64,000 nt of DNA from Kiritimatiellia bacterium (GTDB lineage: Bacteria > Verrucomicrobiota > Kiritimatiellia > JAQICX01). Of this stretch, positions 1 through 8,433 are shown one piece after another (position 1 is the first letter of the stretch; each line of letters begins with the position of its first letter). Position numbers and translations under genes: made by a program. The stretch lies in contig JAQICX010000069.1 of assembly GCA_027858345.1 (NCBI GenBank), positions 5,222-69,221 on the forward strand, given 5' to 3'. Below the pieces are notes generated by a model. The model saw only the letters and a list, made by a program, of their open reading frames with translations. It ran no database searches and was not told the origin of the DNA.

Positions 1-145
1 GAATAAGTTCAGCACCTTGATCTTCCCAAATTTTTGCCTGAACAACTGGATCGTCCCCATATATCTTTGAATCATCAGCCTTACCTTGACGTAGGCGAAC
101 GCATTTGCCACCTTTTAAATCAATTGCTGGTATAATTTTTATCAT
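1..145 (-). CDS. hisA: HisA (ProFAR isomerase), N-terminal 48 codons only; gene runs off the left edge
   Basis: Own minus-strand translation from ATG at 145..143 gives MIKIIPAIDLKGGKCVRLRQGKADDSKIYGDDPVVQAKIWEDQGAELI. This carries the HisA/HisF-type IPAIDLKGGKCVRL N-terminus. It lies directly downstream of hisB. It is truncated, so it is absent from the ORF track. Confidence 0.7.
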   Translation of the reverse strand, partial: MIKIIPAIDLKGGKCVRLRQGKADDSKIYGDDPVVQAKIWEDQGAELI

Positions 146-182
146 TATTTTTCCTGTTCTTTAAACATTATATTATTAGTAT

Positions 183-207
183 GGGCGAGATTCATCTCGC
201 CCCTACA
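183..207 (-). repeat. GC-rich hairpin GGGCGAGA-TTCA-TCTCGCCC followed by CTACA (REP-like, family 1)
   Basis: 8-bp perfect stem read directly. The CTA at 203..205 is the hisB TAG stop. On the transcribed strand it reads TGTAGGGGCGAGA...TCTCGCCC. Related copies sit at 2156..2178 and 38669..38693. Confidence 0.8.
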
Positions 208-793
208 TTGAGCCTTTACTTGATGGGACGCCAGTTTCTCTTGGGTCATTTTCCATTGCCATCCTCAATGCTCTTGCAAAACCTTTAAAAACAGCCTCGT
301 ATGCATGATGAGCTTCGCTACCATATTCCTGATTGATGTGGAGGTTCATTCTCGCCTGCACAATGAATGCCTGGAAGAACTCATGAATCAGCGACAAATC
401 AAAGTCTCTAATCTTCTGTTTTTTGCAAGCATACTTTTCAACCAACCAAGGTCTACCTCCCAAATCAAGAGCAACCCTTGCCAAACATTCATCCATTGGC
501 AGATAAAAGAAACCATATCTTTTGATACCTTTGCGATCGCCAAGAGCTTTATCAAAAGCTTCACCCAGAGCCAGACCAATATCTTCAACAGTGTGATGAT
601 AATCAACGTCAATATCACCAGTAGCTTCAAGGTTCAAATCAATCATTGCATGTTTTGCAAACAGCTCAAGCATGTGATTCATAAATCCAATACCTGTTGA
701 AATTTTATATTTTGCTGATCCATCAATATTCAGTTCAATCTTAATTTGTGTTTCTCTAGTTTTTCTTTTAACTGTTGCTTTTCTATCAGCCAT
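203..793 (-). CDS. hisB: imidazoleglycerol-phosphate dehydratase
   Basis: 196 aa. Contains [48 protein letters not shown] and [17 protein letters not shown], the typical IGPD His-rich metal motifs. Sits in a his gene context. Confidence 0.95.
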   Translation of the reverse strand: MADRKATVKRKTRETQIKIELNIDGSAKYKISTGIGFMNHMLELFAKHAMIDLNLEATGDIDVDYHHTVEDIGLALGEAFDKALGDRKGIKRYGFFYLPMDECLARVALDLGGRPWLVEKYACKKQKIRDFDLSLIHEFFQAFIVQARMNLHINQEYGSEAHHAYEAVFKGFARALRMAMENDPRETGVPSSKGSM

Positions 794-958
794 AACAAAC
801 TCCTATTTTGTTAAAATATTCTGTATTCCATAATGGACTTTAAAAGAACGTCCACAGTGTCCTGCATAGCGAAGCGACGCATGGAACATCGAACGTTCAA
901 CATCCAATAACCAATAAAAGACACTCCGTGGGGAGGTGAAATTTTATTATTATTATTC

Positions 959-1006
959 CCTAGGGCGTTGCCCTAGGCTGTGTTATTAAGGGCTTTCAGC
1001 CCTACA
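959..1006. repeat. two GC hairpins in the 293-bp hisB-hisC spacer
   Basis: CCTAGGGC-GTT-GCCCTAGG at 959..977 and GGGC-TTTCA-GCCC followed by (C)TACA at 990..1006. GC-rich islands in AT-rich spacer. Confidence 0.7.
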
Positions 1007-1086
1007 ACAATAGTTTCTAACGCTAAGCATCTTGTTAATTATTCCTCAACATTTTTCATGTAATGCATGACATAAATGTTAAAAAA

Positions 1087-2133
1087 TTAAGTCTTCAATA
1101 AAACTCGTAATTCTTCGAGGAAACGCTGGATTTCCTCGGGTGTACCAACCGTAATTCGCAGATAATCCTTTATAAGGTCATCATTAAAATATCTTACAAA
1201 GATTCCTTTTGCTTTCAACTGTTCATATAGTTTTTTTGCTGGAACCTTCAAGGATTTTGTCCAAACAAAATTAGTTTCAGACTTACATACTTCAAATCCA
1301 AGTTGAGACAGTTCTTGACTCAACACAGCACGTGTTGCTTTTATCTTCTCAACATTTGCTTTCATATAATCAATATTTTTGAATGCAAGATATCCAAGCT
1401 CCTGCGTGAGAGCATTCACATTATATGAATCTTTGATTGCAATCATTGCTGAAATCAACTTTTCATTTCCAAGCATATACCCTAAACGAATACCTGCCAA
1501 TGAAAATGATTTTGAAAATGTGCGACAAATCACCACGTTATCAAATTTGCTAAGCAAGTCAATGCAATTGTATGATGCAAAATCTGCATATGCTTCATCA
1601 ATCAGCACGACTCCAGGGAAGCTGCCGCAAAATTCAATGATTTGATTTTTATCAAAACACATCCCGGTTGGAGCATTTGGATTTGCCAAATAAAATAGTG
1701 ATGCCTCAAAATTTTCAGGCATTACCCATGTGAAATTTTCATTCAAGCTAACAGGTCGTTGTTCCACATCTCGTATGGCAGTTAAGACAGGATATAATGA
1801 ATACGATGGTTCAAAATAGCCAACGGAGCCATTATCCTCTACAAATGCACGAGTACAAAGTGCAAGTATCTCATCAGATCCATTACCTATAAAAACATTA
1901 TCAACTTCCAAATTATAATAATCGGCAATTTCATTGCGTAGTTTCGATGACACAGGATTTGGATATTTACGCAACTCTGATATATCAAAATTGCTTAATC
2001 CATCTGACAATGCCGGGACTGGAGGATAAGGATTCTCATTAGTATTGAGTTTTATTACATTCTTACTTCCCGGTTGTTCTCCAGGTGTGTATCCTTCCAA
2101 GGAGCTCACTGATTCTTTTATTAAATTTTTCAT
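1087..2133 (-). CDS. hisC: histidinol-phosphate aminotransferase
   Basis: 348 aa. Has IKLNTNENPYPP near the N-terminus and a class-II aminotransferase layout with the PLP-Lys region TFSKSFSLAGIRLGY. Flanked by hisB and hisD. Confidence 0.9.
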   Translation of the reverse strand: MKNLIKESVSSLEGYTPGEQPGSKNVIKLNTNENPYPPVPALSDGLSNFDISELRKYPNPVSSKLRNEIADYYNLEVDNVFIGNGSDEILALCTRAFVEDNGSVGYFEPSYSLYPVLTAIRDVEQRPVSLNENFTWVMPENFEASLFYLANPNAPTGMCFDKNQIIEFCGSFPGVVLIDEAYADFASYNCIDLLSKFDNVVICRTFSKSFSLAGIRLGYMLGNEKLISAMIAIKDSYNVNALTQELGYLAFKNIDYMKANVEKIKATRAVLSQELSQLGFEVCKSETNFVWTKSLKVPAKKLYEQLKAKGIFVRYFNDDLIKDYLRITVGTPEEIQRFLEELRVLLKT

Positions 2134-2155
2134 CTTTTTCTCAACATAAATTTTC

Positions 2156-2178
2156 GGGCAAAAATCTTTCGCCCCTAC
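2156..2178 (-). repeat. degenerate copy of the GGGCGAGA...TCTCGCCC-CTAC hairpin
   Basis: GGGCAAAAATCTTTCGCCCCTAC, 22 nt upstream (in minus sense) of the hisC start. Same orientation relative to transcription as the 183 and 38669 copies. Confidence 0.6.
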
Positions 2179-2194
2179 TTTCTTAAATTAATGT

Positions 2195-2286
2195 GTCAAA
2201 CGTCACATTTTCCAAGTCTTTGGTCAAATGTCACGTTTTTTTGTCTTGGGTCAAGCGTCACGCTTGTGGGTCAAGCGTCACGCTTG
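2195..2286. repeat. four spaced copies of a GTCAA(A/G)(C/T)GTCAC motif; the last two form a perfect 19-nt tandem
   Basis: GTCAAACGTCAC at 2195..2206 and GTCAAATGTCAC at 2223..2234. GGGTCAAGCGTCACGCTTG at 2248..2266 and again at 2268..2286. The last copy contains the final hisD codons and its TGA stop. Confidence 0.85.
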
Positions 2287-3584
2287 AATCTTATTGTTGC
2301 CGAGCGTCCATGCCCATCAAGACCTTCAACTTCACTGAATGCCACAACAGTCGGCAAAACTTCCTGCAAATCTTCTTTGGTATAATGCATGAAGCTTGTT
2401 CTACGTCTAAAGTCATCAACAGTCAACCCCGAGAACATTGATGCAGCTCCACCTGTCGGCAGCACATGGCTAGGTCCTGCAGCAAAATCGCCAACGGATT
2501 CCGGTGTCCATTCCCCAAGGAAAACAGCACCAGCTGACTTAACTTTATCCAGCCATTTTTCAGGCTCATCAACCATAATCTCAAAATGTTCAGGAGCAAA
2601 GCGATTGCACAAATCCATACCGGCATCCAAATCAGAGACAACAACCAGCAGGACACCATTGTCCATCACTTTCTCTAGAGCGAACTGACGTTTCAACAAT
2701 GGCACTTGTTTTGCCAATTCAGCATTCACAGCTTTTGCCATTTTCATTGAGTCTGTAACTAAAAGTGACTGTTCAAAACCTGAACCATGCTCGGCCTGAG
2801 ACAACAAATCGGCAGCAACAAAGGCTGGATTTGCATTATCATCTGCCAGAATTGCAATTTCACTTGGACCAGCAACAAGGTCGAGAGCAACCTGCCCGTA
2901 AACCTGACGCTTTGCTGCAGTAACAAAAGTTCCCCCCGGGCCAACAATTTTTTGCACTTTCTCAACGCCTTCAATTCCGTATGCCATCAGACCAATTGCC
3001 TGAATGCCGCCAACTTTATAAATTTCGGTTACACCAGCCTCTTTCAAACCATATAGCATAATAGGATTCAACTCGCCATTTTTTCCCATAGGAGTGCAGG
3101 CAACAATGTTTTGCACACCAGCCACCTTTGCCATGTAAGCAGTCATCAAAGCAGTTGAAACCAATGGAGCAGCTCCACCAGGAACATATACCCCTACGCG
3201 ATCAAACGGCACAAACTTTTCGCCCAAAGTACCACCCCTAGGAGCATCCATATTCCAATCTCGTTTCATGCCAGCTTCAGCAAATGCCTTTATACGAGTT
3301 TTAGTTTCAGCAACAGCTTTTTTAAATTCATCATCAACCAACGGTAGTGCAGCAGCAATTTCAGCATCGGAAACCCGCAAATTTTCTGCACTTAGTTTTG
3401 CTCCATCAAACTTTTCAACATAAGACAAAACCGCATCTACACCATTGTCTCTAATATCACTCAAGACACCCCTGGCAACATCCTCTGCCTTGTCATCAAA
3501 AGCCGGGCGTTTAAGAAAGTTTTCAACAACAGCATTACCATCTTTTAAAAATTCTACAATTCTAGCAACCATTTCTTTCCTCAC
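2271..3584 (-). CDS. hisD: histidinol dehydrogenase
   Basis: 437 aa. Contains VGVYVPGG, GPGGTFVTAAKRQV, LLSQAEHGSG and the C-terminal HGRSATIRF, a typical HisD signature pattern. Confidence 0.95.
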   Translation of the reverse strand: MRKEMVARIVEFLKDGNAVVENFLKRPAFDDKAEDVARGVLSDIRDNGVDAVLSYVEKFDGAKLSAENLRVSDAEIAAALPLVDDEFKKAVAETKTRIKAFAEAGMKRDWNMDAPRGGTLGEKFVPFDRVGVYVPGGAAPLVSTALMTAYMAKVAGVQNIVACTPMGKNGELNPIMLYGLKEAGVTEIYKVGGIQAIGLMAYGIEGVEKVQKIVGPGGTFVTAAKRQVYGQVALDLVAGPSEIAILADDNANPAFVAADLLSQAEHGSGFEQSLLVTDSMKMAKAVNAELAKQVPLLKRQFALEKVMDNGVLLVVVSDLDAGMDLCNRFAPEHFEIMVDEPEKWLDKVKSAGAVFLGEWTPESVGDFAAGPSHVLPTGGAASMFSGLTVDDFRRRTSFMHYTKEDLQEVLPTVVAFSEVEGLDGHGRSATIRFKRDA

Positions 3585-3907
3585 AATTCTTTATAAACCA
3601 TGTATATTAACAAATTCACAAATTAGTATCAACTTGTAAATATGAAAAACGAGAAATTCCTTAATTTGGGGGTTGAAGTTAATTATGACGATGGGGACAT
3701 CGTCGCTCCCATTCCTACAAGACAATATTAATTTGCAGGTTTGGGAGTCCCGCTTTGCGGGATCCTCGTTGTTATAGCTATACTCAACTGAAAAAATTGA
3801 GGATTGAGGAGATGATTTAAAATATATTCTTGATTTTATTGGGTTATAAGTGTATTATTGCCAGTTCATACTAAAAACAGAATTTACAATGGAGACCCCG
3901 TAATATA

Positions 3908-6178
3908 ATGAACGAACAACATATAGTCACAATCGCAACAGAACTAAAAATTGCACCACAAAAAATTATAGCTACCCTGAAGCTGATGGAAGAAGGCGCA
4001 ACGATTCCATTTATTTCAAGATACAGAAAAGAGGTAACCGGTAATCTTGATGAAGTTCAACTTGCAGACATTCGTCAACGCCATGACCAACTTGAAGCTC
4101 TCGACAGCCGCAAAGATGCAATCATTAAGTCTCTTAATGAACGGGAGCTGCTGACAGACGAACTACGTGTTGCCATTGCGGGCGCAGAAACACTAACATC
4201 TCTTGAGGACATCTACCTTCCATACAGACCTAAACGTCGCACACGTGCAACAATTGCAAAAGAAAAAGGTCTGGAACCACTTGCAAAAATCATTTTAGAA
4301 CAAAGCAATGAAACCATCCCAGAAACTGCTGCTGCAGAATATATCAACACTGAAAAAAAGGTTAACACCATTGAAGAAGCTCTAGCTGGAGCAAGAGATA
4401 TTATTGCAGAGACCATAAATGAAGATAAAGACGTTCGTCAAATTATTAGAGATTTCTTTGCAAAGAACTCTGTGATTAAATCGAAGGTACAAAAAGGTAA
4501 AGAAGATGCTGGTGAAAAATTCAAGGATTACTTTGAATGGTCAGAATCAATTTCAGATGCCCCAAGTCATAGGGCACTTGCAATGTTCAGAGGCGAAAAA
4601 GTGGGTATACTTTCTTTATATATTCGTCCATCCGATGACGAAGCAATTCAATTGATAATCAGAAAAGTTATTACTTCATCAAACAAGACAACAGAACAGA
4701 TGGAACTGGCTGTTAAAGACTGCTACTCTCGCCTGCTTTCAACATCAATGGAAGTTGAAACAAGAATGCACCTCAGGGAACGTGCGGACGATGAAGCAAT
4801 CAAAGTTTTTGTTAAAAACATCAAAGAGCTTCTAATGGAATCAGCACTGGGACAAAAAGCTGTTTTAGCAATTGACCCAGGATTCAGAACCGGTTCAAAG
4901 GTTGTATGTTTGGACAAACAGGGCAAACTACTTTTCAACAACGTCATCTATATCAGCAAGTCACCAAGAGAACTTGCTGAAGCTGTGGAGGTCATACCGA
5001 ATCTTGTTAAGCATTTTAAGATTGAGGCAATTGCAATTGGTAACGGCACCGGCGGCAGAGAAACAGAGAAATTTGTTCGTTCACTTCCGATAGCAAAAGA
5101 GCTTGAAGCAATTGTAATGGTTAATGAAAGCGGTGCTTCAATATACTCAGCATCAAAAGAGGCTAGAGAAGAATTTCCGGATCAAGATGTAACAGTTAGA
5201 GGTGCAGTGTCAATTGGTCGAAGACTGATGGATCCTCTGGCAGAACTTGTTAAAATTGATCCAAAATCAATTGGTGTCGGACAATATCAGCACGATGTTG
5301 ATCAAAACAAACTGAAATCAAGTCTTGATGTATCAGTTATGTCATGTGTTAACAATGTTGGGGTTGAAATCAATACAGCAAGTAAACAACTTCTATCATA
5401 TGTTTCAGGTTTGGGTCCGTCGCTTGCTCTGAACATCGTCAACTACAGAAATGAAAATGGACCTTTTAAATCTCGAAAAGAAATCAAAAAAGTTTCAAAG
5501 CTTGGGGAGAAGACCTTTGAACAATGTGCAGGTTTCCTGCGTATTATAAGTGCAGAAAACCCACTTGATTCCAGCGGTGTGCATCCTGAAAGTTACTCAA
5601 TTGTTCAACAAATGGCAAAAGATAAAGGTGTTGAAATAAAAGATCTAATTGGTGAAAACAATGAGATAACAAAATCTATTGACCTTAAACAATACGTTAC
5701 AGACCAAATTGGTCTGCCAACTCTTAACGATATCATCAAGGAACTTGCAAAACCGGGGCGTGATCCACGTAAGAAATTTGAAGCTTTTGCATATGAAGAA
5801 ACAGTTCAAAAGATGGAAGACCTTACACCAGGAATGAAACTACCAGGTATTGTGACAAACGTAACAAATTTTGGTGCTTTTGTTGATATTGGTGTTCATC
5901 AAGACGGACTGGTTCATATCAGTGAAATCGCAGACCATTATGTTTCGAACCCGGCAGATATTTTGAAGGTTCATCAAAAAGTTGAAGTTACAGTAATGGA
6001 GATTGATCAGAAGCGCAAGAGAATTTCTCTTTCACTAAAGAAGAATCCCGGCGAAAGACCAAGTTCTGCAAGTAAGAACAAGCCAAACGGTGGACAACAG
6101 TCTTCAAAACGTGACAACAAATCCAGAGCATCTAATAAGCCGGCATTTAACTCTAACCCATTTGCTGATTTGCTATAA
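3908..6178 (+). CDS. tex: Tex-family transcription accessory protein (YqgF-like, HhH and S1 RNA-binding domains)
   Basis: 756 aa. N-terminus reads IATELKIAPQKIIATLKLMEEGATIPFISRYRKEVTG. The C-terminal S1 domain reads GMKLPGIVTNVTNFGAFVDIGVHQDGLVHISE. A basic tail follows. Confidence 0.9.
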   Translation: MNEQHIVTIATELKIAPQKIIATLKLMEEGATIPFISRYRKEVTGNLDEVQLADIRQRHDQLEALDSRKDAIIKSLNERELLTDELRVAIAGAETLTSLEDIYLPYRPKRRTRATIAKEKGLEPLAKIILEQSNETIPETAAAEYINTEKKVNTIEEALAGARDIIAETINEDKDVRQIIRDFFAKNSVIKSKVQKGKEDAGEKFKDYFEWSESISDAPSHRALAMFRGEKVGILSLYIRPSDDEAIQLIIRKVITSSNKTTEQMELAVKDCYSRLLSTSMEVETRMHLRERADDEAIKVFVKNIKELLMESALGQKAVLAIDPGFRTGSKVVCLDKQGKLLFNNVIYISKSPRELAEAVEVIPNLVKHFKIEAIAIGNGTGGRETEKFVRSLPIAKELEAIVMVNESGASIYSASKEAREEFPDQDVTVRGAVSIGRRLMDPLAELVKIDPKSIGVGQYQHDVDQNKLKSSLDVSVMSCVNNVGVEINTASKQLLSYVSGLGPSLALNIVNYRNENGPFKSRKEIKKVSKLGEKTFEQCAGFLRIISAENPLDSSGVHPESYSIVQQMAKDKGVEIKDLIGENNEITKSIDLKQYVTDQIGLPTLNDIIKELAKPGRDPRKKFEAFAYEETVQKMEDLTPGMKLPGIVTNVTNFGAFVDIGVHQDGLVHISEIADHYVSNPADILKVHQKVEVTVMEIDQKRKRISLSLKKNPGERPSSASKNKPNGGQQSSKRDNKSRASNKPAFNSNPFADLL

Positions 6179-6266
6179 AGTGATTCTTTTCCGAGTCAGG
6201 GGAAACCAGCAGAGAGCGACAACGGTCACCTGCGTGACGGCATGAGAAACGTTATCATAGCTATAG

Positions 6267-6384
6267 CCAACCGAAAAAAAAGAACTCCCTTAGTTTTTTG
6301 GTTGGAGATAAAACATGCGTTTGAGCTAATGAAATTAGCAGAAAATACATTTTTCACAAATCTATGGGTAATAAATTTGAAAAT
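6267..6384 (+). repeat. ~120-bp intergenic repeat, copy 1 (CCAACCGAAAAA hairpin plus conserved tail)
   Basis: Hairpin CCAACCGAAAAAA...TTTTTTGGTTGG (6267..6305), then ATGCGTTTGAGCTAATGAAATTAGCAGAAAA...TGGGTAATAAATTTGAAAAT. Aligns by eye with 6555..6677. Confidence 0.85.
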
Positions 6385-6554
6385 ATATAATGACAATGAG
6401 GAATAGGCCATTCACTACGTTCATTGCTTCACCCTATTGTTTCTTTTTAGTGGTTAAAGCCTCTCTCGCAAGCTCGAGGGTCGCTCCCGTTTTTCCAAGA
6501 CAACGTGTATTTGCATGCTGGGAGGGTCAGCGTCCCCGCTGACAGAAAAGCTAT

Positions 6555-6677
6555 CCAACCGAAAAATAGAGAACTATAGCCTTGATTTTTCGGTTGGAGT
6601 GGATAATATGCGTTTGAGCTAATAAAATTAGCAGAAAACACATTTTTTATCAGCAAATGGGTGATAAAGTTGAAAAT
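6555..6677 (+). repeat. ~120-bp intergenic repeat, copy 2
   Basis: Perfect 13-bp stem CCAACCGAAAAAT...ATTTTTCGGTTGG, then ATGCGTTTGAGCTAATAAAATTAGCAGAAAA...TGGGTGATAAAGTTGAAAAT. Confidence 0.85.
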
Positions 6678-6688
6678 TTTATTTAAAA

Positions 6689-6789
6689 GGCGGGGTGAAG
6701 CACCCCGACCCTACAAAACACCTGCGAATCAACCTTTTAGCTTTGGTTGCAGCATCCGCACCTGTAGGGTCGGGGTCCGTGACCCCGCC
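6689..6789. repeat. REPIN-like inverted doublet of a GTAG-headed GC hairpin (family 2)
   Basis: 6689..6715 is GGCGGGGTGAAGCACCCCGACCCTACA. 6763..6789 is TGTAGGGTCGGGGTCCGTGACCCCGCC. The heads face inward. Each unit is its own 6-bp hairpin (GGGGTG/CACCCC versus GGGGTC/GACCCC), which amounts to a compensatory change. Confidence 0.85.
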
Positions 6790-6800
6790 GAAAAGGGCAT

Positions 6801-6835
6801 TCAACCGAAAAAATGAGGACATTGGGTGATAAATT
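6801..6835 (+). repeat. ~120-bp intergenic repeat, internally deleted copy 3
   Basis: TCAACCGAAAAAATGAGGACATTGGGTGATAAATT keeps only the two ends of the unit. Confidence 0.6.
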
Positions 6836-6910
6836 ATTTTGTTATTGTGTTTTCATATTTAAAAGTTTATTCTACTCAAATATTATTTTTTTAAACAACT
6901 AGGAACCATA

Positions 6911-8122
6911 ATGAAGAAACATATACTGACTAAAACGATTTTTTTTATACTACTGGTAATTTTCACACTACTTTGGTTGGTTAATCTTGAATTTGCCATT
7001 AAGCTTTTCATTCCAGATTTGGCAATTCTTTTAAAATATATTCCTGCAAACATACACAAACTTTTGGAGACGTTATCATCAGACCTTAGTACAGTAACAA
7101 CACTGATACCAGCTTTAATCTGTCTGTTTCCAATTATTTCATTGAATAAATTACAAAAAAGTAGAGATACAGAGATTTCCGAAACATTCCCCTACCCTGA
7201 AAATTTTCCCTTCTTTTTGGTTATGCTTGGTCTTGCAGGCACACTATATGGACTGTTGATTGGTCTTGACTCAAGCGGGCTTACAACTCTTGGAACAGAT
7301 GCAACCGGTGCACCTGAAATTAGAGAAACAATAGATAGATTACTTGATGGTACAGCCACGGCCCTACTAAGTTCTCTTGTAGGTATTATTGGTGCATTTA
7401 TTGTTGTAAAGCCAATCCCAATGATTTTTCATGGACTTCTTGGAATAAAGGAGAACGACGAAGATGATATTGAACAGGTAATCCACAACCTTACAATACA
7501 ATTCAACAACCTAAATAAAGTTGTCGAAGATTTTTCAACCACAATTGAGAAATATAACGACACGAACATTCCTCAAAGTGTACAAAACATTGAAAAAGCA
7601 TTTTTCAAGCTTTTGGAACAGCAAAGCATTAATACAGAATTTCTCCAGCACATACACAAACAACAGGAGTTAACCAACAAATTGCTTGAACCTCTGGCCA
7701 ACTTGGAAAAGCTTGCCATTCTGTCTCAAATTTATGATAAGATTGGCAAACTAGACAAACTGGATAATATCAATGATAAACTGGACAGACTTGTTACGCT
7801 TGAAAAGATCGACACGAATCAAACAGAACAACTGGAACTTTCAAAACTAAACAACACTCTTGTAACAGAACAAACAGAGTCAGCTCAAGCACTTAAAGCT
7901 TCAGTTGAAAAAATACCTGCTGTTATTACACAAATACTTAAACAAGACAAAGAATTTCATGACAAGACAGAAACCACTAATTCAGAAATTCTCAACAATA
8001 TTATTGATAATGGGAATAAAAACAAAGCAATCATTGATGTACTAAAAGATTCTAATACAGATAAAGAAAAACAGAGAAACAAAATACTTAAGAACATCAA
8101 GACATATATTGACTCATTTTAA
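6911..8122 (+). CDS. membrane protein with a MotA/TolQ/ExbB-like channel domain and a ~215-aa coiled-coil C-terminal tail
   Basis: 403 aa with an AGGAA RBS 8 nt upstream. About 4 TM helices. FLVMLGLAGTLYGLLIGL and RLLDGTATALLSSLVGIIGAFIVVKPIP resemble the two signature helices of MotA/ExbB/TolQ. Residues ~185-403 are charged and helix-prone (KLDKLDNINDKLDRLVTLEKID). Confidence 0.5.
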   Translation: MKKHILTKTIFFILLVIFTLLWLVNLEFAIKLFIPDLAILLKYIPANIHKLLETLSSDLSTVTTLIPALICLFPIISLNKLQKSRDTEISETFPYPENFPFFLVMLGLAGTLYGLLIGLDSSGLTTLGTDATGAPEIRETIDRLLDGTATALLSSLVGIIGAFIVVKPIPMIFHGLLGIKENDEDDIEQVIHNLTIQFNNLNKVVEDFSTTIEKYNDTNIPQSVQNIEKAFFKLLEQQSINTEFLQHIHKQQELTNKLLEPLANLEKLAILSQIYDKIGKLDKLDNINDKLDRLVTLEKIDTNQTEQLELSKLNNTLVTEQTESAQALKASVEKIPAVITQILKQDKEFHDKTETTNSEILNNIIDNGNKNKAIIDVLKDSNTDKEKQRNKILKNIKTYIDSF

Positions 8123-8433
8123 GATTAAGGTAGAGGTTAAGATTGAGAACTCGCTACGCTCGTTGTGATAAGTGATAAGCAGGAAGTTATAAATTTCTTC
8201 CAGCCGTCGCTCTTAGAGCTATTGCGGACAGAACGGAGGACATGTAGCTCATGATGTTATGACAAAAAGGCGAGTGTTTCATGCAAAATTTGTTTTTCCG
8301 TGCCGGGCAATGCGGCTACAGTTAGAAAAAGTGGTTTAATGTTGAGATGCCGAATCGCGTATGTAGCCAAGATTCGTGGGTTCTGACAAATTGTGACAAA
8401 GCAAATAAAAAGATTTAAAGAATAAAAAATAAG

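Noticed and set aside
183-207. Treating the GC hairpins at 183, 2156, 38669, 6689 and 40726 as rho-independent terminators.
   Set aside because: None is followed by a T/U run on the transcribed strand, and several sit between genes that look co-transcribed. Only 14393..14426 and 36981..37011 meet the stem plus T-run criterion.
305-700. Antisense or overlapping ORFs inside well-supported genes, for example 305..700(+) and 388..630(-) in hisB. Dozens of similar 60-130-aa ORFs are listed throughout the track.
   Set aside because: They lie wholly within, and mostly opposite to, long ORFs with clear family motifs. They have low-complexity or hydrophobic nonsense-like sequences, as expected by chance in AT-rich DNA.
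3585-3907. A possible histidine leader-peptide attenuator or T-box upstream of hisD.
   Set aside because: There is no run of His codons (CAC/CAT on the minus strand). I recognised no T-box specifier or terminator-antiterminator layout. Only REP-like hairpins are present.
6226-6656. Two small ORFs (61 and 69 aa, minus strand) sharing KNVFSANFISSNA, which might look like a paralogous small-protein pair.
   Set aside because: The shared peptide is simply the read-through of the ~120-bp DNA repeat. The flanks are unrelated, there is no RBS, and both run through GC hairpins.
2195-6900. CRISPR array hypothesis for the repeated hairpins (2195..2286 and 6.2-6.9 kb).
   Set aside because: The repeats are not of uniform length or spacing. 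Their orientation varies, the 'spacers' are themselves repeated modules, and no cas genes are in the window.
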